Source: a virus. From it: 18,455 nt of DNA. The stretch lies in IMG/VR virus record IMGVR_UViG_3300045988_061742, positions 1-18,455 of that record; one strand, given 5' to 3'. The notes beneath the pieces are model-generated. The model saw only the letters and a program-made list of their open reading frames with translations. It was not told the origin of the DNA and ran no database searches. Shown piece after piece: positions 5,250 to 12,577 of this stretch (position 1 is the stretch's first letter; every line of letters begins with the position of its first letter). Both the position numbers and the translations under genes were made by a program.

Positions 5250-5537
5250 ATGGCAGACCCAGACAATGACGGAGAGGAGACCACTACTCCGCCGCCGACC
5301 GAAGAGGAACGGCAGACGGAAACCGTGGATGATGAAGTCAGGCCGAAAGAACCGGAACCGGAACCGGAGCCGTCCGAACCGGACATAAGCGCGCGACTTG
5401 ACGGTATCGAAAAGGAATTGGCCGCACTCAAGGCCATGATGGACACGCTCGGTTACAACGACCTCGCACCGTCTGATAACGACAATGACGGCGACGGCGA
5501 TAATGATGGCGAGTCGATCGAAGATCTGTTTGACTAA
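5250..5537 (+). CDS. Putative scaffolding protein (95 aa, extremely acidic)
   Basis: It lies immediately upstream of the major capsid gene, and its size and position match phi29 gp7. It has a predicted helical core (ISARLDGIEKELAALKAMMDTL) flanked by D/E/P-rich tails, and its C-terminal ..SIEDLFD recalls the phi29 gp7 C-terminus ..IEDL... Confidence 0.55.
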   Translation: MADPDNDGEETTTPPPTEEERQTETVDDEVRPKEPEPEPEPSEPDISARLDGIEKELAALKAMMDTLGYNDLAPSDNDNDGDGDNDGESIEDLFD

Positions 5538-5553
5538 AAGAAAGGTATAGACA

Positions 5554-7269
5554 ATGTCCAATGTTCGACCACTTGCAGGTAAAGGTGACGTTGAGATCTT
5601 CAACGCCGTGCGTTCCGCCACCTCACCGCAGTTCCAAGTGCGCATCCCGTCAGCGACTCAAGGCAATATCCGCAACGCGGTGGACACCATGCGCAACTTC
5701 CCATACTTGCGCGACGAGTTCACGGGGGTACTTATCCAGCGTCTTATCGGTCTTTACATCCAACATGCGGACTGGGACGATCCGTTGAAGCTGATTGGCT
5801 CGCCGCGCACTCTCAAGCGCTACGGGTCGACTTACGAACAGGCCGCAGTTGGCCTCGTCAAGGCCCGCACCCGCAATTTCAACAAAGAGTATCTTGGCGA
5901 CGACGTGTATGGCCGCTACTCGCTGCCGACCGCTTCGGCGTTCCATCCCCTTACTTTCGACCATTATTACCCCGTCACTATCCCCGAAGACGCCTTGCTT
6001 ACCGCGTTCGACGGCGAAAGTGGCATGTCGGATTATATCAGCGAGATCATGAACGCACCTATCCTCTCGGATAGGAACGATATGTATTTGATGAAGACGC
6101 AGACTTTTGCGGAGTACGCGCGTAAGGGTGGCTTCTATCGCGTGCATACCCCCGATGTCGGTGCCGCGAACTCAACCGAGGCGGACGCCAAGGGGCTATT
6201 GCGCCTTATTCAGCAGGTGGCGAACGAACTCAAAGCGTCGCCAATGAGCGCCATGCCACGATATAATGCCATGAGTTGGGTGACTCCGTGGCGCGATTCC
6301 GAAGCCATCCTCTTCGCCACACCGCAGGTAATCGCCGCGCTCAACGTTGAAGCCCTCGCCGCCGCATTCAACATTGACAAGGTGAACGTGCCGTATCGTA
6401 TCATTCCGATTCCGGAAGACATGTTTGGCATCGGTGGTGCGGCTGGTAAGGTGCAGGCGGTTCTGACCACGGAAGACTTTTTCTTCTGCTGGGACGAAAT
6501 GCTGGAAACCACGACCAGCCCCGTTAACCCGATCGACGGAACCCGAAACATTTTCTACAAGCACCGCGGCTCCATCACTCCCAATCCATTTGCGAACGCC
6601 GTGCTGTTCTGGACAGGCGAAGGCTCCAACGAGTCCGTGACTCTGCCGGACACGCTCGCCACCTCGAAGCCGGAGTTCACCCTGCGCGTGCGCAAGTATG
6701 GACAGTCCGCCATCACCCCCGAAAATATTTCGCGTGGCGACTTGGTGCAGGTTGAGTCCGTCATTTCGAGCGAGAACAAGGCTGAGGCGTCGTTCCAGCC
6801 GGTTGGCATCGAATACAAGGTCGAGGGCGCCACATCGCAGTTCACGACCATCGATAACGGCGGTGTCCTTCGGTGTGGTTTGGATGAAACCGCCGAAGTG
6901 CTCAAGGTCACGGCTCAGGCAACCTACGTCGACCCAGCCCATCCCGAGATTGACCAGACGGTTTCCGCCGCACTGTCCGTGCCGGTGGTCGGCACTTGGC
7001 TCGGTGGCTGGAAGGTCGGCGCCATCGAGTCCATCGAGATTCGGGGCGAGAAAACCGTTAGTAAAGGCAGTCATATCGCACTTAAGGCGATTGCCACCAA
7101 GACGGACGGCAACACCGCAGACGTGACCAACCTCGCCATGTGGACTGTGGCCGCCAACGCAACCATCACTCCCGACGGCGTACTAACCGGAACCATAGTG
7201 GGCACCGCCAACGTTTCCGCGAAGTTCGCGGGAGCTGCTGGAACGGCAAGAGTCACCGTCATCGCCTGA
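5554..7269 (+). CDS. Major capsid protein, phi29 gp8-like, with C-terminal Ig-like (Big_2-type) domain(s)
   Basis: Several blocks align by eye with phi29 gp8: N-terminal FNAVRS...VRIPSAT; DALLTAFDGESGMSDYISEIMNAPILSDRNDMYLMK against ..LKTAF..[25 protein letters not shown]; and NP..G..N..YKH...I..NPFANAVLF against NPRGLYWNYYYH...SVSRFANAVAF. The last 84 aa (7015-7266: IEIRGEKTVSKGSHIALKAIATKTDGNTADVTNLAMWTV...VLTGT..GTANVSAKFAG..GTARVTV) form a typical Big_2 Ig-like domain. A second beta-rich segment precedes it. Confidence 0.9.
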   Translation: MSNVRPLAGKGDVEIFNAVRSATSPQFQVRIPSATQGNIRNAVDTMRNFPYLRDEFTGVLIQRLIGLYIQHADWDDPLKLIGSPRTLKRYGSTYEQAAVGLVKARTRNFNKEYLGDDVYGRYSLPTASAFHPLTFDHYYPVTIPEDALLTAFDGESGMSDYISEIMNAPILSDRNDMYLMKTQTFAEYARKGGFYRVHTPDVGAANSTEADAKGLLRLIQQVANELKASPMSAMPRYNAMSWVTPWRDSEAILFATPQVIAALNVEALAAAFNIDKVNVPYRIIPIPEDMFGIGGAAGKVQAVLTTEDFFFCWDEMLETTTSPVNPIDGTRNIFYKHRGSITPNPFANAVLFWTGEGSNESVTLPDTLATSKPEFTLRVRKYGQSAITPENISRGDLVQVESVISSENKAEASFQPVGIEYKVEGATSQFTTIDNGGVLRCGLDETAEVLKVTAQATYVDPAHPEIDQTVSAALSVPVVGTWLGGWKVGAIESIEIRGEKTVSKGSHIALKAIATKTDGNTADVTNLAMWTVAANATITPDGVLTGTIVGTANVSAKFAGAAGTARVTVIA

Positions 7270-7289
7270 CAATAGACGCCGGCTAGTAA

Positions 7290-7329
7290 AATAGGTGCGA
7301 GAAGACAATTCTCGCACCTATTGTTTTTT
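7290..7329 (+). terminator. Rho-independent terminator / attenuator directly after the capsid gene
   Basis: AATAGGTGCGAGAA (7290-7303), loop GACAA, TTCTCGCACCTATT (7309-7322), then GTTTTTT. The next gene's SD (AGGAGG) and ATG 7341 follow immediately, so some read-through is required. Confidence 0.8.
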
Positions 7330-7340
7330 AGGAGGACTTT

Positions 7341-9569
7341 ATGAGCGCAAACGATTTGCCAATCAATTTCAGTTACGCGAAATGGACACCAAACACACGG
7401 TTCAAGTTGTGTAACGTGCCTTGGGATATGGGTTACAGGGATATTGTCAAGTGGGACGAGATTGCTCAGAAAGAGTATTTCGAGCGTCTGGACGGTATCG
7501 AATTCTCCAATTGCACCATGGCGAAATACGGCCTTCCGGTACGACTGCCGGTGCCGTTCGCGCAAGCATGTCGGTATAATTATCTGATTGCGACGAACGA
7601 CTACGACTTCGACACCCCCCGTAGTTGGTATTATTTTATCCAGACGTGCGATTATATCAACGCCAACACCACACAGCTCAATATCCAGCTTGACGTGTGG
7701 CAGAGCTTCCAGCACGATATCCAATTGGACAACGCCTATGTGGAAAGGGGTCATGTCGGGATTGCGAACGAAAACGCTTGGAAAGACTGGGGCCGCACCT
7801 ATCTCGACCTACCGGAAGGCCTGGACACCGGCAAGGCAATGGTGGTCACCGGACAGCAGTATAAGACTTTGATCAGCGAAACGAACGGCTACACCACCTT
7901 CGGCGTGATCGTAGTATCCACCACAAAATTGGACACCAACCCCGGCACGGCAGACGCACCGAAAATCACGTGCGCGGACGGCAGCGCTTTCGAAAACCAT
8001 GCGAACGGCACCGCATTATACTATTTTTCGGACGCTCTGGATTTTCTCGCAGTGATGGGGGCGGGCGCGGAATACCCGTGGGTGACACAGGGTATTTGCG
8101 GCATCTACGCCATCCCCCAACTTCCGGAAGCCCTTTTAGAAAAGCAGCAGAAGCCGGGCGTGTTCTTCAATCATATGATTGACTGGCGTGGCGACTGCTA
8201 CCGCCTGAAGGTACGCCATAATGATGCTAAAAGCCGCTACGCCGACATCATCCATATCAAGGACTTCCGCGACAATTTCAAACTCCCCGAACGCTACAAG
8301 TATCTCAAAAAATTCCGCACCGCGCCATACGCCATATTGGAATGCTCGTGCCTCAACGGTACCGTGATCACTTACAATCCCGAGCAGATTCCAAGCGCTG
8401 ACCTGACTATCCGCGAGTCATGGGACTACGCGCCACCGTCTCCGCGACTCAACTTTTATCCGCTCGGATATAACGCCGGAGATGTCAGCGAACAATCCCC
8501 GTTGCCGAACGATTCCGGTTTGCCGATTGATTCCGGTGAAATGCTTGACGCCAGTTTCGGCATCACCGATTTCCCAACCTTCATGACGGTCAACAACGGC
8601 AGCGCCCTCGCCCTCGCCAATTCCGCGTACACGCGCCAATACGCGCAGCAGAGCGCGGATTGGAGTTTTCAGAAAACCCAAATGGGCATCAACAACGCCT
8701 ACTCTCAGGCACAATTAGGCGCGCAGTACGCGAGTGCCCAGAATCGACTTGGCACGTCCAACCGTAATGCCATGAACGCCATCAGCAATCAAAGCGCTCA
8801 GATGGGCGCCGATCTGACGTTGAAAAACCTCGGTTTCAATAACCAAATGTCACAGCTGAACACGATTGGCAGCGGTATGGCGAACGCGGTTGGCTCCGCC
8901 GTAACGGGTAATGTCGGCGGTGTGGCCGGTGCCATCGCAGGCACGGCCATCGGCGCATGGACCAATCAAATGACCTACGATAATAATGTGAGCACGGCTA
9001 ATCAGCAGCTTGCGAACACGCAGACGACCAACAACGCGTCGACTTCACAGGCCAACGCCTACAGCCTTGCGCAAACCAACTTGTCCAACCAACAGACAAT
9101 GCAACTCGCGGATATGAACAGGCAACTTGCACAAGCCACGGCCCAAGGGGACTACGAGAACACCATTGCGGGCATCAACGCGCAGGTGCAACAGACTCAA
9201 ACGATACCCCCTACAACGTCCGGCGCGTTGGGCGGTGACGCGTTCAATCTTGCCAACGGGCTAATTGGCGTGATGGTGCGCTTCCGGCAGATACCACCAG
9301 CCGCCATGCGCTCCATTGGCGAAGTATGGCTAAGATACGGCTATTACGTGCAACGGTTCATGAAGCTGCCGGAAGATCTCATGGCAATGTCCAATTTCAC
9401 GTACTGGAAAGTGCATGAGCTGTACGTGCGTTCGAGCACGTGCCCGGAAGAGTATCGATTGACTGTGAAAGGCATTTTCGAGAGTGGCGTAACCGTCTGG
9501 ACCGACCCCAACAAAATCGGCGTCACGGATTATGCGGACAATACGCCACTATCAGGTATCGCATACTAG
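7341..9569 (+). CDS. Tail knob protein, phi29 gp9-like (742 aa)
   Basis: The N-terminal domain aligns by eye with phi29 gp9: NVPWDMGYRDIVKW / DVPFSNDYKNTRWF; YNYLIATN......RSWYYFIQTCDYINANTTQLNIQLDVWQSF / [45 protein letters not shown]. Its position between the capsid and portal genes matches phi29 synteny. Confidence 0.85.
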   Translation: MSANDLPINFSYAKWTPNTRFKLCNVPWDMGYRDIVKWDEIAQKEYFERLDGIEFSNCTMAKYGLPVRLPVPFAQACRYNYLIATNDYDFDTPRSWYYFIQTCDYINANTTQLNIQLDVWQSFQHDIQLDNAYVERGHVGIANENAWKDWGRTYLDLPEGLDTGKAMVVTGQQYKTLISETNGYTTFGVIVVSTTKLDTNPGTADAPKITCADGSAFENHANGTALYYFSDALDFLAVMGAGAEYPWVTQGICGIYAIPQLPEALLEKQQKPGVFFNHMIDWRGDCYRLKVRHNDAKSRYADIIHIKDFRDNFKLPERYKYLKKFRTAPYAILECSCLNGTVITYNPEQIPSADLTIRESWDYAPPSPRLNFYPLGYNAGDVSEQSPLPNDSGLPIDSGEMLDASFGITDFPTFMTVNNGSALALANSAYTRQYAQQSADWSFQKTQMGINNAYSQAQLGAQYASAQNRLGTSNRNAMNAISNQSAQMGADLTLKNLGFNNQMSQLNTIGSGMANAVGSAVTGNVGGVAGAIAGTAIGAWTNQMTYDNNVSTANQQLANTQTTNNASTSQANAYSLAQTNLSNQQTMQLADMNRQLAQATAQGDYENTIAGINAQVQQTQTIPPTTSGALGGDAFNLANGLIGVMVRFRQIPPAAMRSIGEVWLRYGYYVQRFMKLPEDLMAMSNFTYWKVHELYVRSSTCPEEYRLTVKGIFESGVTVWTDPNKIGVTDYADNTPLSGIAY

Positions 9570-9574
9570 ATATA

Positions 9575-9603
9575 ATGGAGAGAGCGTAATAAACTCTCTC
9601 CAT
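9575..9603 (+). terminator. 10-bp stem-loop after the tail-knob gene (ATGGAGAGAG / CTCTCTCCAT); weak terminator or RNA-stability element
   Basis: Perfect inverted repeat 9575-9584 / 9594-9603 with a 9-nt loop, followed by CATTTGTAT (poor U-tract). A TATAAT without the TG extension lies at 9571-9576. Confidence 0.4.
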
Positions 9604-9626
9604 CATTTGTATCAAGGACGGTGACA

Positions 9627-10565
9627 ATGGGTAAACGCAATAACGCGAAAAAGGCCGCGCACTGGGATAATCAGAGCGTTTTAGGCTCGATGTGGGGCAA
9701 TCTTAACCTACCTGAAATGCGGCAGTCATTACGAATCAACCAATACATGAAGCTGATTGAAATGTTGGCGGTGAGCCGGTTCAAGTGGATAAATTTGCCC
9801 CCGTACATTGACGAGCGCTATTTGGAACTGACGCTATTCGAGAATGGTTTGGCGCTCTTTTTCCCCGATAAACGCAAGGGCGTCCATCGTTTTATGGTCA
9901 CGTCGGGTAATATCGGCGGTGTCAACAACTATAATAATCCGACATCATTCCAGCCGGTTGCCGCGAATTACTCACACCCGCAAATCGGAAGCAAGGAGTG
10001 CGTGCCGATTTGGGACAACCAACTGCGTTGCACCATGATTGATGTCATGTGGAATTATGCCACGCGGCTCGCCATCGCCGACCGCGCACTGGATGTCAAC
10101 CTCGACAATATCAGCGTGCCGCTGATCATCGCCACGTCTGAAACCAACAAACTCACCGCCGAAAACCTCATGAAGGCACGCGAGGACGGAGACCCATATA
10201 TCTACATGTATGACACCGCGGATATCACGGGCATGTTCCAAACCTTCCCCAACATGACGCCGTTTTTGGCGGATAAGATCATCACCACCAAAACTCAGGT
10301 GTGGAACGAACTCGTCAACTACCTCGGCATCGACAACAGCACGACGGAAAAGAAGGAACGACTACTCGAATCGGAAGTGACGGCGGGAAACAGTCGTACG
10401 AACGTGTTCCGCCTGAGCTACCTGAAAGCACGTCAACAGGCTTGCGACACGATTAACCGGTTGTGGCCGCAAATGGCCGACTCGGGGCATCCTGTCGGCA
10501 TCGAATGGAACGACACCACCAGCGGCGGCCTGCTGGACGTCGACGGAAACAAGGAGGAAGAATAA
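9627..10565 (+). CDS. Portal / upper collar (connector) protein, phi29 gp10-like
   Basis: Clear by-eye similarity to phi29 gp10: FKWINLPPYIDERYLELTLFENG against [23 protein letters not shown], and QVWNELVNYLGIDNSTTEKKERLLESEV against [28 protein letters not shown]. ATG 9627 lies 8 nt after AAGGA. The ORF track starts at GTG 9621, which is an alternative. Confidence 0.92.
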   Translation: MGKRNNAKKAAHWDNQSVLGSMWGNLNLPEMRQSLRINQYMKLIEMLAVSRFKWINLPPYIDERYLELTLFENGLALFFPDKRKGVHRFMVTSGNIGGVNNYNNPTSFQPVAANYSHPQIGSKECVPIWDNQLRCTMIDVMWNYATRLAIADRALDVNLDNISVPLIIATSETNKLTAENLMKAREDGDPYIYMYDTADITGMFQTFPNMTPFLADKIITTKTQVWNELVNYLGIDNSTTEKKERLLESEVTAGNSRTNVFRLSYLKARQQACDTINRLWPQMADSGHPVGIEWNDTTSGGLLDVDGNKEEE

Positions 10566-10567
10566 AT

Positions 10568-11380
10568 ATGGTGCAGGACTTGAGCATGTATGCGGTCAAG
10601 GATGGTATGGCCGACTACACCTTGACTCTTGGCAATCTGATCGCACGCGGTTTCGACACGGACGAAAAACTCCATTTAAGCTCGCAATATTATCCGATTT
10701 TCGACGAAAAATACAGGGCGAAACTTAACGAGAAAATCGTAGCACACTACGCGTTGCGTGAGATTGGTTCGGAAACGCCGCAAATGTTCGTTTTCTATCT
10801 CGGGCGTACCATGCGCGAACAAATGGACTATTTCAACCAACTCTATTTATCCGCGCAACATAAGTTCGACCCGTTCATCACTTCCGATATTCGGCAGGAA
10901 ATGGACTCGACCAGCACGAACGAGTCCAGTGGCAAGTCTTCCGGCACGCAATCGAACGAGTCCACGGCGAATAGCACGTCCGACACCACCGCCGACAATT
11001 CCAGCATGACTTTTAACAGCGAGTTCCCGCAAACACGTATCGATGACTTCCGAAAGTACGCCACCACCGCGTCACAGACGGACTCGACCGGCAACACGCA
11101 CACGAGCACACAGCAGGACAGCACCGCCACCGCGTCCAGTACCAGCAACACCGATTTTTCGCACTCGTCCGATAAGGGAAACAGCGTGTCGCATACGCTC
11201 GGCACCAGCGGTTCACAATCACAGCTCTTGCAGGATTGGCGTAACACCATGCTCAATATTGACATGATGGTCGTCAACTCGCTTGAAAACCTCTTTTTAG
11301 GCATGTGGGGCAGTGGCGACAATATGACCAACGTGCCGCAATTGCATTCCACGTCACTCGCCTACAACCTCGGCCACTAG
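10568..11380 (+). CDS. Lower collar protein, phi29 gp11-like (270 aa)
   Basis: ATG 10568 lies 7 nt after AAGGAGGAAG and 2 nt after the portal stop; the track ORF start at 10463 is only an upstream in-frame extension overlapping the portal gene. The N-terminus (YYPIFDEKYRAKLNEKIVAHYALREIGSETPQMFVFYLGRTMREQMDYFNQLY) is typical of picovirus lower-collar proteins. The long S/T-rich central region fits the tube-forming loops. The position matches phi29 synteny. Confidence 0.8.
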   Translation: MVQDLSMYAVKDGMADYTLTLGNLIARGFDTDEKLHLSSQYYPIFDEKYRAKLNEKIVAHYALREIGSETPQMFVFYLGRTMREQMDYFNQLYLSAQHKFDPFITSDIRQEMDSTSTNESSGKSSGTQSNESTANSTSDTTADNSSMTFNSEFPQTRIDDFRKYATTASQTDSTGNTHTSTQQDSTATASSTSNTDFSHSSDKGNSVSHTLGTSGSQSQLLQDWRNTMLNIDMMVVNSLENLFLGMWGSGDNMTNVPQLHSTSLAYNLGH

Positions 11381-11411
11381 AGTATACTTGACATTGACAG
11401 ATTGGAGGATT

Positions 11412-12011
11412 ATGGACGGACTCGACATGTGCGCCGCGCCGTTGGCCATTGACTCACGGCAGCGGTATTTCACGACGGTTCAGCCGTTCTCGTACCGCGA
11501 CACGTTAACCGTGCTCGGATACGTGCAGGAGGTGGCCGAACATGTGGACGAATTGCGCGAACAGCTCGACAATCTCGCCGAAGACGAGAACGCGGACATC
11601 GAAGCCATCAAACAGCTGGTGGCCGGTTTTGACGAGCAGTTCGAGCGCATCAACAAAACCTTGGATGATTTGGAGAAACAAGTCGGACAGTACGAAGACT
11701 CCGACCTTACCTATAACCCGACACGCGGCAAGTATGAGGACTCCAAAAACACGAATCGCGATATGTACCGTGAGCTTGCGGTGTTCGGCGCACGCGTCAA
11801 CCAAATGGCCCAGCTATCCGTGCCAATGGCCGCCGCGCACACGTGCCTTGAGTTCGCCGTGCTCGGCAACAAAACCATTTTCCATAATGACGAGCCACGT
11901 ATCACGCCACGTGACGTACACGTGGATGACGGCGAATCCGTCAATCCGCTGTCGGTGGAGAATCTCGCCAATGGCGTCGTGGTCAACAATTTCATGAAAA
12001 CAGCTCAGTAA
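11412..12011 (+). CDS. Structural protein with central coiled coil, function unknown (199 aa; start uncertain, the track gives TTG 11388)
   Basis: It lies in the tail gene block. It has a heptad-like acidic helical segment (VQEVAEHVDELREQLDNLAEDENADIEAIKQLVAGFDEQFERINKTLDDLEKQV). GGAGG (11404-11408) is only 3 nt before ATG 11412. Confidence 0.6.
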   Translation: MDGLDMCAAPLAIDSRQRYFTTVQPFSYRDTLTVLGYVQEVAEHVDELREQLDNLAEDENADIEAIKQLVAGFDEQFERINKTLDDLEKQVGQYEDSDLTYNPTRGKYEDSKNTNRDMYRELAVFGARVNQMAQLSVPMAAAHTCLEFAVLGNKTIFHNDEPRITPRDVHVDDGESVNPLSVENLANGVVVNNFMKTAQ

Positions 12012-12026
12012 TATAAGGAGAGACAA

Positions 12027-12380
12027 ATGGTACAGAAGACACCGAACTACAATCTTGAAAAATACAGCTCAACCGACGCGCCGAATCTCGAAGGCTCGTA
12101 CAACCGTTCGATGGATATTCTCGACACGACGTTAAAAACGCAGTCGGATAGGATTGACGCAATCCCGACACCAGAAAGCCTTCCCGAGGGTTTGACGGCG
12201 TTCGCCACCGCTCTCGGACTGGGCAACTCCAACGCCAACGCGCTCGGCACCGCGCTTAACCATCTCCTCAACCGTGTTCCAGCAACAGGCGGCGGCCAGT
12301 ATACCGTCAAAAACCTCAACGACACCAAAGTCACCGCCGAAGGGCTTCCGTTCGTTTCCACCACCGCTTCGGGAGATTGA
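12027..12380 (+). CDS. Short tail-fibre-like protein carrying the shared N-terminal module (117 aa)
   Basis: AAGGAG SD upstream. Its N-terminus (TPNYNLEKYSSTDAPNLEGSYNRSMDILDTTL) is paralogous to the N-termini of the next two genes. Confidence 0.7.
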   Translation: MVQKTPNYNLEKYSSTDAPNLEGSYNRSMDILDTTLKTQSDRIDAIPTPESLPEGLTAFATALGLGNSNANALGTALNHLLNRVPATGGGQYTVKNLNDTKVTAEGLPFVSTTASGD

Positions 12381-12571
12381 TGGTTATGACAGACAGTCAG
12401 CAGCAGACCACGCCCGTGGACTCCGCCGCATACGATGTGACGCGACATTATGGACTGCCGCTTTACAGTGACGCGGCACCAATGGACATGCGCGACGGAT
12501 ACAATCGCGCCATGCGCATGATCGACCAGATTCTGAATCAACTGCAAACCCAGGTTCGAGAGAAGGACTAA
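12380..12571 (+). CDS. Mini-protein consisting almost only of the shared N-terminal fibre module (63 aa; alternative starts at 12377 and 12386)
   Basis: ATG 12380 overlaps the previous stop (TGATG), with GGGAG upstream. The sequence HYGLPLYSDAAPMDMRDGYNRAMRMIDQIL aligns with the fibre N-terminus NYGLNLYGDNDPADLRDGYNGSMRAIDTTL. Confidence 0.6.
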   Translation: MVMTDSQQQTTPVDSAAYDVTRHYGLPLYSDAAPMDMRDGYNRAMRMIDQILNQLQTQVREKD

Positions 12572-12577
12572 ACACAA

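Noticed and set aside
6196-7074. Long - strand ORFs (6196..7074 292 aa, 7071..7754 227 aa, 12047..12742 231 aa, 531..1025 164 aa, 1996..2529 177 aa, 5650..6147 165 aa)
   Set aside because: Each lies antisense to a + strand gene with recognisable homology or a good SD and tight packing. Their translations are Arg/Gly/His/Val-rich with no motifs and no SD. They are typical shadow ORFs in moderately GC-rich coding DNA.
9571-9576. TATAAT hexamer after the tail-knob stop, considered as an internal late promoter for the portal gene
   Set aside because: It lacks the TG extension found at the other candidate promoters and overlaps the 5' arm of the 9575-9603 hairpin. Evidence is too weak for a call.
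10463-10567. Upstream extension of the lower-collar ORF (the track starts it at 10463, overlapping the portal gene by ~100 nt)
   Set aside because: The extension translates to an Arg-rich, unconvincing sequence (MAANGRLGASCRHRMERHHQRRPAGRRRKQGGRIN). ATG 10568 has an excellent AAGGAGG SD and starts 2 nt after the portal stop.
10696-10705. Third copy of GATTTTCGAC (the core of the direct repeat flanking the candidate small RNA) inside the lower-collar gene
   Set aside because: It is a 10-nt match inside coding sequence (encoding P-I-F-D-E), with no partner or structural context. It is most likely chance.
10904-11221. ~100-aa Ser/Thr/Asn-rich low-complexity region in the lower-collar protein, considered as an anomaly or glycosylation tract
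   Set aside because: Lower-collar proteins of phi29-type phages have a long, polar, poorly conserved central region that forms the tail-tube hairpins. Nothing here calls for a special explanation.
11388-11399. Tandem TTGACATTGACA between the lower-collar gene and the next gene, considered as a -35 promoter element
   Set aside because: No acceptable -10 hexamer lies 16-18 bp downstream of either copy (CGGACT and TATGGA at best). The other promoter-like sites in this genome are -35-less extended -10 boxes.
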